A stretch of DNA of 62,473 nt, counting the filler, from Choristocarpus tenellus KU-1152 (Eukaryota > Protista > Phaeophyceae): assembly GCA_964200185.2 (NCBI GenBank). It is 8 parts of 8 records of this genome, joined end to end, with 100 filler letters (N's around TTAATTAATTAA, not from the genome) between each part and the next. Parts side by side here need not be neighbours in the genome. Positions count along the whole stretch, not along the records: positions 1 to 20,339 come from CAXNAD020000401.1; positions 20,440 to 28,960 come from CAXNAD020004624.1; 6 more parts are not named here. The stretch is one strand, 5' to 3'. The position numbers were made by a program, and so were the translations under genes. Shown piece by piece: positions 11,063 to 23,900 of this stretch (position 1 is its first letter; each line of letters starts with the position of its first letter). Below the pieces are notes generated by a model. It made no database searches, had not been told where the DNA came from, and worked only from the letters and a program-made list of their open reading frames with translations.

Positions 11063-14000
11063 AAATCAGCAGCCCTTATGGAGTGCAAGGCAGGACCCCA
11101 TGAGGAGGGTGAAGAGGATGCACAAAGGAAGGGGGAGAGGGGATGTGCTGGTGGGGTCAAGGACACGAGGAGAGGAGATGGCATTGAGGATAGTGGCACG
11201 AAGCTGCTGTCTTCACGCATTGGGGGACTCACAGTATCTGGTTCCAATCATGATCAGGTGGAGAGATTAATGAACTTTGTCACTCCCTCGGATACTGGAT
11301 AGTGATTGCCATTGATCTTAAAGTTGTAAGGATGCATTAACACGGTATGTTCAAATATTATTCCTCCTCTACTGAAGATTTTGCGGTGAAATGGTCGTCG
11401 GACATCTCAGGACCCACTTTATATATTGGATTAGAAAGCAGTACTCAAGTTGAACACAGCATAGTTTTGGTTGATGGCACTTCTAAGTTCTTCCAAGTAA
11501 CGTTTTGGTCTTACTACTTAATAACGTACCTGGTGATCCCAAGAGCAATTGTCAAACCCAACAACGGCCCAATGACCCCTCCCAGCCATCTCGAACATAT
11601 GTTTGGTCACACAAATTGTTTGAAGGTGGTGGTTGGACAATCTTTGCATGATCCAAGAAAGATCCAATCATTCTTCTTACTAGATGGACCGCTACTTCTC
11701 ACTCAGCTTTGTTTACCCTCAGATCAAATTTGAATCCTGACAAAAAAAAAAAAATTGGAAAGTTGGGAAAATATTTGTTGGCAGGCAATAAACTTGCACA
11801 AACTGCAAACGGTGTGCCTGACATGACCTCAAATATGTACCATGGCAACAGAGAAACTTGTTATTTGTTCTGCATTTTGGTACACTTTTTAACCGAGTGG
11901 ACATTTTCCCAATATTTCTTCTGTAGTTTGTGCAGATCCACAAGGTATAGTTTTATGTAATCGTTGAGAGAGTACATCTTGGATCGTCTCAACAGCAATG
12001 CAGGTGGACAACCAATTGGACAAGTATCACACTTTTCATCCTGTGGTTTGTTTTAGTAGTATACTACTGGCATCATGACGGATTAGTGTACCAATGCATC
12101 TCCTCCACTCCACCTTCTTGCTTTCCCTCCCCCCCCTTCTCCTCCTCCTGAACTTTCACCGCTATACTTCGCTTTCTCCCCCTCTAATATCCACATTGTG
12201 ACTGCCTACGTTGCACCAAAGCTGCAGGGCGGCAACATCGGTAATCAGAAAGGAAATCAGGAGGAGCACGTGGAGGAAGGGGTTCAGGAAAATGAGTTAG
12301 GCGGACAGGGGCCAGGCAATATACAAGAACACCAGGATAAGCCAGAGGGGACAGATGTTGTGCTTGCAGAAGCAAGGACATGGATTCTTGCCGAGAAAAG
12401 ACCCACTCTGAGGTAGGGGAGCAAAATGAAAATATGTTAGAGGGTAACAGTTTTGCCCTGTTTGTTCATTTGGGGCTTGGCTTCCTAAGGGTTTTTTAAT
12501 TACATTTTTCTTACTCTAAAATGTTTCGGAGTAGGCAAAATGTATACGTTATGAAAAGGTGTGTCCGGAACAAGGATATTGACACTTGTAACAAACACGA
12601 TAGCCAAAATTAAATCAAAATCGCAACATTGGATTTCGGCCTCAAATGGACGCGGCCGTACCTTCTAAGATACTTTGGCTCAGCAGATGGGGGTGAATCT
12701 TACTTACCATACTAACTTTGTTACTTCCAGTTGGTTGTACTTTTCAAAAGCGTCATAAAAAAATATTGCAGGCGTTTTAGCATGCAATAGTCTGGAAAAT
12801 TGCCAATTTCTGCTCACTAAAAACGTTATGATAGTGGGCGGAGCAATATATGATTTCATAAGGTATTTACTTCAAATGGCAAGTGACTTGATACATACCA
12901 TCAACAGTTTTCTGCATGGTCATACCGTGCTATTCAATACATTGCAACCCTATCTTGAAGGCTGCATCAAAACATGATACTATACTGAGAGTGTTTCAGA
13001 ATTAACTGGCGCACATCCCTTCGCACTCTTCACTGGATCAGAACTGTAATTGTGTGAAGAGACCACATTATAAATGCAGTATGTCCATCCATCACCCGTA
13101 GATACATCATTCCACCTGCCCTGCGTACGACTCACATATCGTGTTTTGGTAGAGAAATATGTAGGCGATTTTAGTAAAAGAATATTGAGTTTTCAAACAT
13201 AGGAAAAATGAGAGAAGTGTCAAGCTCCGAATTTCTTGGGCGCTTTCGTTACATGAACGTTCAAAATGTTAAGTCAAAGCAAGCGAGAGGTACCAAAGGG
13301 TTGCAATTTAAGGATGCCGAAAAAAATGTGCAAAATTTGATTTAAGGAATTTTCTTAGCAGCGCTTCATCCATAGAAATCAGGTTGAACAGCAAGAGATA
13401 AAAAGAGTTGCTTAAAATGCACAATTGCCGAACCCGAGTACCTTTCTTTTATTTTGGCTCATTGTTAACTTGACGTACGCACATGTATATATACACTCCA
13501 AGTCCTCCAAATTACTCCAGATCTGCAGGTTCATTGTCGACACTACACTAGAGCTCTGCACAACGTTGAAGTGGCATAACAAGTCCCCCTATTTGCAGTA
13601 CGAAGCCTCTTTGAGCCTTACCCAATAGGAACGTGAACTCAAGCATGGAATAGCAGGATGAGGTGGTCGGGAGCCACAACACATATTTTCATGTTGTTTA
13701 GCCTAGCTGCTGGATCAATCGTTAAATGACACACCCGTGCCCTTAGTTGGGACAGAGGTGATTAATGTCTTAAATCACATAATACCAACATGATCTTGTT
13801 TCTATTCACCACCAGCACATGGCATACTACAGTCTGATGTTACTCCTCCTTGCATATACCACTTCGGAATAGTATACAGAGAGATTGTACTACTGAGTTT
13901 ATACCACAGTGAACAGTCAAGTGCTTCCTTTGTTGGTGGCCTAGTCCTCACTCACTCGCAAAACTAGGCCAACTACCTTTGTCTACCTTTTCTACAAGAC

Positions 14001-17000
14001 TATTGGTTTGGTGACCAACAACAACCCGGTGGTCTATTGATCTGCATGGCAGGGGGCTCATGGAACATTTTGATATGTCCAAGGCCAATGCTCGACTGTG
14101 TATGGATGGCATGATCAGTGAGGGGTACCTTGTCAAGGTGAAGCTGATGCATGCACTGGTATTTATAATCCAATACTTTTCCTTGCCTTCTTGTTATTGC
14201 TGCATATACTATACTATCCATCTAGCTAATAATCCACAGAAATGTATGTATGTGCTCCGAATATACTCCTTATTCAAGTCATACCTAATAGCACCCAGAA
14301 GTATGTCATCACAGGTGAAAAATAATATAAGGTGTAACTTACTCGATAGTATGTGACACATAGCCCCTGTTACCACAGAGACCACTGATGTGGGCTATGG
14401 CTCCTCTTTTGAAGTATTTTTTTTAATACAGCGTACCTGTCTGTTGAAGTTAGATGCTACATGAAGAGACCCAACAGAGAAGCAGTTAATTACCTGTGTC
14501 CCTAATCCTGCTTTAAATCTGTTGCGAATAATTTCGAACTAGAATGAGCTATTCAAAGCAATGAACATAAAATCTAAGCATCCCTGCCACCACCAAAGAG
14601 AAGAGTGATGATACTCCGGAGTATGTGTGTATGGGTGAGTGTGTGCTTGCGCATGTGCAAGGATCAACATTAGGAATATATTAGTGCTATTTCCATTGGA
14701 ACATGCAGTAGGTTTTTCCGCACGTAGGTGGTGTTGCCCTTAACGTTCTATCGTAGCTTCACTATGGACGATTTCGGGGTTAACCAGAGGGAGACATGAA
14801 AATGCTTCTGGTACGAAAACTGCAAGGATATTTTTGAATTCAACAAGAAATATTGCAATAACTAGAACGTTTGATGGACCCACTTGGGTGTGATGGGGAT
14901 ATGGGGGGAGAATTTCAGAAGAAAGGAGATACACAAGATGATTTGGGGAGAGTGATCCCTGATGCTCTGATTCGGTCAATATTTTTAGTAGTTGCGGAAT
15001 GACGTTTGTTGTATAGGTGGAAAGATTGAAAGAGGTTCTCCTATTTACTATTTTCTAACTGTACTTTGAAGACAAAGTGTCAAGGACATGCTCCTGAGTA
15101 TTTACAAAAATTGATAAACTTACATATTTTCCAATATGACATTTGCAGCTAGTTGTATACAACTCTTTTATAGCCCACAGTATTGTGCAGAGCAATGACC
15201 CCTCATCCTGTGCCCTCTATCAGGACGCAAACCACCACTACAAAGTGGTAGGTAAGAGTGAGCATCACAAGGTGCCTCGACCAGACACAATGACTCACAA
15301 CACAGGCAGTGGCGTGGGTGGTACCGATGACATCAGTAGTACCAACTGTATCAGTGGCAACAAGGGTCCTGATCTCATGGACACTGGGACCGACGAGGAA
15401 TCTGTGCATTCTCAGGTATACTTTATTTTTCGTCATTGGAATCTTGTGATGTTATTGATGATTTAACACATTCGATTTGATATATCACACTGCTACATCA
15501 GAGGTAGATGTAAATGTGCCTGGCGACATTATTTTCGTCACTTCATTGGTTGGTGAGGAAATGACAATAGACTCAAAGTATCTCAGAGGGTAGAGCCACG
15601 TCCGTTTGGGGACCAAAATCCAATGTTGCGATTTTGAGGTAATTTTGGCTATCGTGTTTGTTAGGAAAAGTGTCAATATCCTTGTTCTGGATACACGTTT
15701 TCATAACGTGTACATTTTACCTACTCCAAAACATTTCAGAGTAGCCAAAAGTGAAAAAACCCTTTGGAAGTCAAGCCCCAAACGGACAAAAAGGGCAAAA
15801 CTTTTACTTTCTAAGATACTTTAACTCATAATACCTACTTTATATCAACAGTTGTTCATGCGAGATTACCCTGTCACTTAGACGGTTTTCTATATTCAGC
15901 TGGAACATGGAACGTGAAACTCAAGGTGCCCTTATCCAATCCTCCACCCACCAACCCCCGTCTCATGACACACTAATGAATAATGCACAATTGCATAGGA
16001 ATCCTCCTATGCCCCCAGCAACGACTCAGCCACACAGCTCCCTGAGGAGCTCACTGCGCCCCTCCAGTTTCCCCCAGCCCATGATACTGCCACACCATCA
16101 ATCATGCCCCCACCAGCAGCCCTGGGTGGCTATGAGGGCCGAAGTGTTCATTCTGGTGAAGTTTCTGCAACTGGCATGAGCAATATGGATTACACCACTC
16201 CTCCAGTTCCAAAGAAGTGAGTTTGTGGGTAGCTTAATTGCATGCATGAGCATAGGGGTGTACCGGCATGTTTGTGACATAGGAGGGATTGAATTTGTTG
16301 TGTCTTAAGTGTCTCTTCCTTCTCCGCACTTATAAATGTACTTGAAATGCTTGGCAGTCTGGATGAAGTGGACATGGACTTTGCTGCACATTATATAAAT
16401 GCTGATGTACTGGCTGGTAGGGCGGACATATTGTCTTGCGATGACTCATTCCCCCAAACTGTTAAATGCATAGCGAGTCTTTTGATCATTCTCAAGACCT
16501 ATGTTGCCTAGTCTAGCACGCTGGGGCAGTGAATCACATTGTTGCTGAGCATCACCTCTAGGAATGTACGCTATGACCTGCAAGACCTGAAACGGTAAGT
16601 ATTCACCCCCTAAACAGACTTCTATGCATGGAAACTCACTGCAATTCATGCAACTTCACCCAAAAGCAACCCTTCGACAACCGCCTCCACGAGAGTAGTA
16701 CACTCTTTGGAGTACTTAGTTCTACAGGGAAGCAAATCATAAGAAATATTGGACCCACCTCTGATGTTTTTTGTTTTACCACAAGAATTTATGCTATTTT
16801 TTAAAATATTCTATTAGGAACTTTGCAACTACGAGATACATATACAATCAAGAGCCATAGGATTTATGTAGTGATGTCGACCTCACATGAAGGTATACAT
16901 TTTTTGTGAGAATAAAGTTGTTGCAGTAAGGTGTATCACAAGTCACGTAGGATGGGTCAAAAGCAAAGATTCTTTCCAACCCTTCATTGATTGGCCGACT

Positions 17001-17337
17001 TAAGAACCAATTCTGACATTCACTGCCCACCAATCCCCCCCTCTTCACCCCACGCTGTGCTCTTCAACAAATAGTGGACTACATACGTACCTACTCATTC
17101 TATCATGACTTCTTGTACCCTGCTGCTACCCCCCTCATCTCCCTCGCTCTACACAGTGGGCAAGTCCGGCAGCAACCCCCAGCTCAGCAAAAGCCCCCTC
17201 AACCCAAGGCCCTCCTCCTGTCCACGGGCACCAAGCGAGTGCTTGACACTAGATGTGCTCCTTCCGAGGACGAGGAAGAAGACGAAGAGAAGGAAGGGCA
17301 GGATGAGAATGTTCCTTTGGACATGTATGGTGGCACG
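11063..17337 (+). CDS. Unidentified protein fragment with a winged-helix-like domain in low-complexity sequence (spliced, partial)
   Basis: Phase-consistent exons about 11063-11257, 12222-12412, 14053-14137, 15224-15415, 15999-16216, 17157-17337, giving ...VLAEARTWILAEKRPTLR|GLMEHFDMSKANARLCMDGMISEGYLVK|DANHHYKVV... (helix-turn-helix plus wing pattern) flanked by G/E/Q/P/S-rich segments. First acceptor is uncertain. Confidence 0.65.
12419..12681 (+). mobile_element. MITE family A copy 3
   Basis: Same internal sequence; left TIR degenerate, right TIR TACCTTCTAAGATACTTTGGCTC. Starts about 6 bp after the donor at 12413. Confidence 0.88.
13271..13460 (+). mobile_element. MITE family B copy 2 (internally deleted)
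   Basis: AAGTCAAAGCAAGCGAGAGGTAC ... GTACCTTTCTTTTATTTTGGCTC; flanks GTT/ATT; homologous to 1752-2010. Confidence 0.72.
15570..15827 (-). mobile_element. MITE family A copy 4
   Basis: Reverse copy, GACTCAAAGTATCTCAGAGGGTAG ... CTAAGATACTTTAACTC, TSD ATA/ATA. Confidence 0.9.
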
Positions 17338-17735
17338 GTGAGCGCTTGTTTTGTCTGTTGAGATCATGGTGCATGGGGGGTTGGTGGTGTTTTGAGGAAC
17401 AGAGTCAGAAGGATAGGCACATATGGGATGTGCGGATAGTGGTGTGCATGGGAGCTGACAAGAGGTTTGACGAACAATGGAAATGGAGGTTATGACCATG
17501 AACTGCATGAGTTAAAAATTGTTTGGCAGGGCTGGTTTCCTTGAGTTAGAAAAGGGATGGGGATAGGAGTTTGACGCCACCACTACCTAATACCACCGTA
17601 TGCAACCATAGCACTTTGTTCTTACAAGAAACAATGCAAAAATATCAAAATCAATGTATTTTAGAACCACTGCGCACTCTGCATGGTACCCCTCCCCCCC
17701 AACGTATTCTGGCTATTTGTTTATTTCTCGTGCTA

Positions 17736-17963
17736 GAGTGAAAGTATCATAGAGGGTACGAATTTTGCCCTATTTGTTCATTTGGGGCTTAACTTCCCAT
17801 GGGTATTCTAGGACATTATCCTACTCCGAAATGTTTCGGAGTATGTAAAATGTGTAGAACTATGAAACGGTTTGTCGGAACAAGGATATTGACACTTCCT
17901 AACAAGCACGATAGCCAAAATTACATCAAAATCGCAACATTGGATATTGGCCCCCAAACGGGC
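17736..17963 (+). mobile_element. MITE family A copy 5 (3' truncated)
   Basis: GAGTGAAAGTATCATAGAGGGTACG start and family interior; right TIR absent. Confidence 0.85.
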
Positions 17964-20339
17964 ACATAGGGTCACTCTTTTGAAGCTGAACAATATTTTG
18001 AGATGTCCACCATGTCGCTTCTCTGGTGTCCCCATACACAGTGAGCTGCCTTCACTCTCTCTCTCTCTCTTCTGACAATCAACCAAGAGAGTACCATACT
18101 CTAAGAACGTTTTGCCATCACGATGGTCCATAGGACTCTAGCACCACGATTCAACTTCAACTATTCGTACACAAGTGAAGAACACTGGACCACAACCCAT
18201 TGTTGCAATTTGGTCAACCATATGCTTCAGAAAACCTATGGTGTCTAGCACATATCCCTTGCAATATATTACTTTCAGTTGACATTTTGTCTTCCTTTAG
18301 CCTTTCGCTGTACTCATGCGAGCAAAGGAGGAGACTCCATTGGTAAATCTTGGCCCTGTTCTTCATAGAGGTTGGACCTAGGCACTGGTGCTGCTATTTT
18401 CTGGAGAACTGGTTGGTACATCTGGTGGCTGAACAGTAGTTAGTTGCTGTGACCGGGCCTTTGCATTATTTTCTTTTTTCTCAGGTCATTATTATTACTT
18501 CTTGCTTTTATCACTTACTCTGCATTGCAACCTCTCCCAGTAAGTTTGAGAAGACTAAATCGAGTTCCACGTTACCTAACAATAATCAAAATGTACATAC
18601 GGCTCATGAACTGAGAAAAAATAAACATAGCACTAAGGTCCATGAGCAGATCACACGCAAAACAACCAATTGAAACTTTCCCTTCTACTTACACGCAATC
18701 GAATCAAACCTTTGCAAATTGAATAGCTTAGATTCACAACCCTAGGGAACAAGAACGCAAGAAATCTCGTGGACAAAAAATGAAATACAAACACATGTAC
18801 TGAAACTACTCATAAAATACACGAGTGGACTGAGATCATGGCACTTTCCGGACCAACATGTAGACACCACAAGGACATTCCCCTCTATAGGCTGTCAGTA
18901 TATGCTTGTTCAGTTTGTTGAGAAGGACTCCTTGGGTGATGCACCGTAGGTCAACAAAGTCAAGTAATGCCTACCACCTCTCCCATACACATAAAAACTA
19001 CTATAGTCCCCCAGAGCTCAGCCCAAGCTCAACAAAATACATACCAAAATTCCCCTTGTTCCTCAGATGTCAAATGTACAACCAGATGCATGAAAACAAT
19101 ACAAACACGGCTAGAGTCAACTCAAAGATCAAACTGCAAAACCACAAAATGCAACTAAACATCCAATTCAGCGGAGATCCAGAAGAACCAGTCCCTACTC
19201 AGCACAGAACTTCTGGGTCTTGTCACACTGCTCACTATGTCCCATTGTAAATCACACCAAAATAGTACCACAAATATGAAGGTAAGAAGATAAGAAGTCA
19301 AATATCCCTCTGCAATTGTCTCCCTTGGCAAAGTACACAACCAGTCACCTTCAGAGTACGTAACAGTCACTCTCGAAACTCAAACCAGTTGATGAGGACA
19401 TGGTCCTAACACTCTGTCTGACACACACACACACACACATGATCTTCATCTGAGCTCCTTTCACCGACTCGTACACACTGGAGACAAGCAGATACTTTCC
19501 CAAGCAATCTCTGGATCATAAAGGTCACCTCTCATTTCAGCCTCTGCTTATGGGAAGGTTCCCTCCGACAGTGCAATCGTACTTCCCAAACCCAACACTT
19601 CACTAGCCTGGGCTAAGGCCACAGCTCCGGCACCCAGATCCCCAACACCATCACTGGCCACCAGCACTCTCTTGATGCATGACTATCACCAGAAGTTGGT
19701 CATCCATTTCCAGTAGTCCCATCCCTCAGCACAGAGAGTCAGGCACCCATTGATCTAACCTGTAAAGATCCAAAGTTATCGCATGCTGCACCATTATCAT
19801 TGCCTTGGTCAACATAATGTACATTCCTTGAATAGCAATGGCCCACACCCCCATCCCTAAGGGAACCATCATACCACATGTAGCCTACCTCATAGATGGC
19901 CTCAAACCCTGCAAGAGATATTTGATGTTGGAACCACAGTTCTCCTTGCCACCTCCCTTTGTCACCTGATACACTATACACACTCTACATTCCGAACTCA
20001 CAACACAGGCGCTGCACACATAGCCAAAGGAACGTCTCCTTCAACTGCCTCAGTTCCCCCAAACACAATTATTCCCACTCCTGGAGGAGCTGCTTTCCCA
20101 GGACCTATGCAGCTCACTCTACATACCAGCACTTACAAAAGGCCCTGCCTTGCTGCTGGTGAGGGTCACACCTACCCCTGGACACAGAGAGATCGCCATC
20201 ATGATAGCCAGTGCACCCTTAGGGGACAAAATTCTTAGCTGCGGGTCAAAGTATCTGAGGGGGAGGGGGGGGGGGGGGGTGTTGGGGGCCGTTTTCCCCC
20301 CTTTTTTTGGTTTTTGCTTTTTTTTGTTGCGGTAGAGCG

Positions 20340-20439
20340 NNNNNNNNNNNNNNNNNNNNNNNNNNNNNNNNNNNNNNNNNNNNTTAATTAATTAANNNNN
20401 NNNNNNNNNNNNNNNNNNNNNNNNNNNNNNNNNNNNNNN
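20340..20439. other. Artificial contig spacer
   Basis: N44-TTAATTAATTAA-N44 (stops in all six frames). Confidence 0.98.
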
Positions 20440-20962
20440 AACTTGAGAGTATTAGATTTAGTGGTAGGAGGATGCCATTGCTTCCAGTGACATTTGTCAT
20501 TATCTATCCTCAGTGCTTGATTATTTTCAGGTTATATCAATAAAACTTTGTACGCAAACAGAACTGTTAGCGGTCACAAACATTTCATGTTGCGTTCAGT
20601 GTGTGAATAAAAGTGACGGGAGAGGCAGTAACAGTGTTTGAAATTTTTGTTAGAGCGTAGTTATTAAATGCTCTTTGGGTCAAGAATATGGATTGGACGA
20701 CCCCAGGTCATTTTTGTACAAAATTTTGGCAAGAAAATCCCAGCAATCTTGAATGTAAACCCTTTTACTTTGTTTCCTGAGGAATCTAGACTTGTCTTAA
20801 CAGAGTGTTCTCTTCTTCTGGGCCACCCCAACTTGAACATCATATCTCCTACTGCTTTTCTATCCAAGACAGGTCCCAACACCCGTGTGACAGCAGCCAA
20901 GAATGCCTTCTGACTTCCCGAGCCATATAATGTAATGTTGAATCTAATGTGCTTTGTTGCAG

Positions 20963-23900
20963 GGGATGATGATGATGTTCTCACAACAGATGATGGTGGT
21001 GTTCCCACAACAGATGATGGTGGCGTTCCCACAACTGATGATGGTGGGGTTCCCACAACTGATGATGGTGGTGTTCCCACAACGGGGGACGATGATGACC
21101 AAGTTGCAACCCAAAACGGCAATAGGGGGTCATCGGACATCATCATGATTGTAGCTATTGGTGGATCTATTCTGGTTGTTTTTGCAGGTATAGCAATGTA
21201 TTGCATCAGGCTAAGAAGGTCGAAAGGTAAGAAACCCCAACCTAGCACAACGACCCGAGATTTGTCGGTGCCCCAGGAAGGAGGGGGGGGGGCATCTTTT
21301 CTTCAAGAAGGGGCGGCAGTGGGAGCATCAGGTGATTCCATGCAGCATATCAGGTGCTTAGAGTTTGCGATGATCATGTCTGGTGTAGTGGTTGGGTGTT
21401 CCCTGGTATTGCTGGTTGTCCTCTCGCTGCATGAATACTTGTCGACCTACTTTCGAATCTAATGATTAAGCCTTCAAAGATGTAAAATGCTTTGTTGGAA
21501 TGATGATCTGTTTTTGTAGTCTAATGAATGTTTGTTGTACAAGGCACAAGTACCATTTAAAGTGTGATGTGATGTATTGACTTGAGACGTTCACAGCGCC
21601 TGCAGTTTTACACAAACCCAGTAGCTTATAAGAATGGTGGAGATGTCAGGATTGAGTGGGCCCCACGTTCTTGTGGGGCTACTATAGGGGGCAATACAGG
21701 TGGAATAACCTGAGGGGGTGCTGTTGATGGCCGTCCCGCAAGGCACAATTGGCACAATTCACATCCGGGTTACAAGGACAATGTTTCTTGGTCATGTGTG
21801 AGAGAAAGATGGAAGCGTGAATAGCATTTGCTCAATGGTTTGTACGTCAGATTTTGGTCCAACATGTAAATGGGCTGTTACAGTTTTCCTTTGAAGTCCT
21901 GGACAACCCTTGTGGTCCCGTATGGGGTATACTTCCTTTCGAAAAGATTGATCAGCATAGATGCATGTTTGTATAAGTTACAGAGCTGAACTTAGGTGTG
22001 AATGGCTGTAGTAATTTAAGCATGTCCCACTTGTAACTGGTCTCCTGAAGTTGATACAATCCAAGATATATTTCCTTAAACACCTCTACACTATATGGTA
22101 GAATCTTCAGTTTTTTGTTTTGCTGAAAGTGTGCAATGGTGTGTATGTAAGATACCTTTTATTGACAAACTTTCACAACCATTTGTGCAATACTAGTAAT
22201 TTTCTGCAGAAGATGTAACATAAATGTCCAAACAGTCTATGTTTATTGATAGGACTGAACAGTTGTAAGCATTGTACTGATTGCTCAGTATGATCGACTG
22301 TGCTCATCTCCTCCTTCCCTCTCCTGCTCCTACCTGCATTCTCCATGCATCCCCCCAATATTTTCATCTATTTTTATGTGAGGTTAGGTGGAGGAAAGAC
22401 TTTGTCTGCATCGAGTTCAGATCACAATGCACAATCACATGTGAGTGACAGTCGCTCTGATGTGCCTCAACCATCTTCTGCAGCGCTCACAAACATCACT
22501 CCAGCATTCTTTGATATGCCTGGGAATGAAGTTGCTGCCAACACAGGGCATCCGGCAGGGACAGGTTGGAGTAGTGTAGCAAGTGGGGCTTCAGTGGCTG
22601 GGGTTTCCGCTAGTGTTGGATCTGCAGCTCTTGTAAGTTCCATATCGGGGGGGTGGACAGCTGTTGGTATCGTGGCAGATCATTTACTGTGGATCCGGGA
22701 TGTTTACGGTCTGCTAGATTCTGTTGTGCAGCACGTGCAAGCCCGCAAAGACATGAAGGTGTGTGTGTGTGTGTGCATATACTATACCCTTTCTTGTGTA
22801 TTGTTCTTATCTTGTGGATGGATTTATTGCATGTGGGAGTGTAGTTCTGTAGAAGTGTTTGCTTGGAGTCAAATTATGTTAAAGTGTAGAGTCGCGTCCG
22901 TTTTGGAGCCAATGTCCAATGTTGCAATTTGGATGATATTTAATCTATCGTGTTTGTTGAGAAGTGTCAATATCCTTGTTCCAAACACACATTTTCATAA
23001 CATATATATTTCATCTACTCCAAACCAAAACATTTTGGAGTTGGTAAAATATCAGAAATAACCTGTGGGAAGGGTGGGAAGCCAAGACCCAAACGGAAAA
23101 ACTGGGCAAAACTCGTACCCTCTAAGATACTTTCACTCTTGCCTATCCAATATTTTTTCTTATGCTGTGTTCAGTGTCAGGTTGTTCAAGCCCCAACTCT
23201 TGCATTGTTTCATAAATAATTTTCACAAAATAAGTTTCTTTATTCTAAAATGTGGAAGAAGTGCAGTATGTACACAATATGGATAGTAGATTTGGGCATG
23301 CAAAATATCTATGATACAGGAATGCTAATAAGAAGAGCAATCATTTTTGTTGCTATTGTGGGGCAGAGCAAAACCTTTAAATTGGATTGGAGAAACAGCT
23401 CGTTGAAGAAGGAATGGAGTGCTTTTTGATTTTTTTTCGATGCATTTGTTTTTTGACTTGCGAGTAAATGAATCCCCCCATACGAACTCAATCTGGCTGC
23501 TGACTGCATGGTGCCATGTAGTATGACTGTTTTCGTGCAGTCTGTTGCATGACTGCTATGTGTGTGATCTCTTCACTTTTCCAATCCCTTTGACACCAAA
23601 TATCCTTTTTCGTTTTCATGCAAATCTGTGTTGGCAGAATAGAATCTTTTTGTAAGTATCTGCAAGCCTATCTGAGTTCAAATCCCTTGTGTGCCAGACT
23701 TTTTTCATGCAGAAGAGTGGAAGGAGAATAGAGGCAGCGGAGAAGTGGAGGGATGTTTGACGATAGCAACTACTTTTAGTGCTATGTAATATATTATTTT
23801 ATGTTTCACTGCTTCATTGCCATCCCCCTCCATTACTATTAGTGTGAATTTTTTTTTTTCTATATTTCCTGTTTTTTTATGGCCTCCTTTGAACAGGGTA

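Noticed and set aside
14053-14137. Exon as the C-terminal helix of the reductase (A..Y...L..EGRY..D)
   Set aside because: It lacks the RY..D.W/F ending and splices in phase to unrelated low-complexity exons; it fits a winged helix better.
18600-20230. Decayed retroelement (zinc-knuckle/endonuclease-like traces on the minus strand)
   Set aside because: CA/TG-rich and full of stops; no intact motif I can support.
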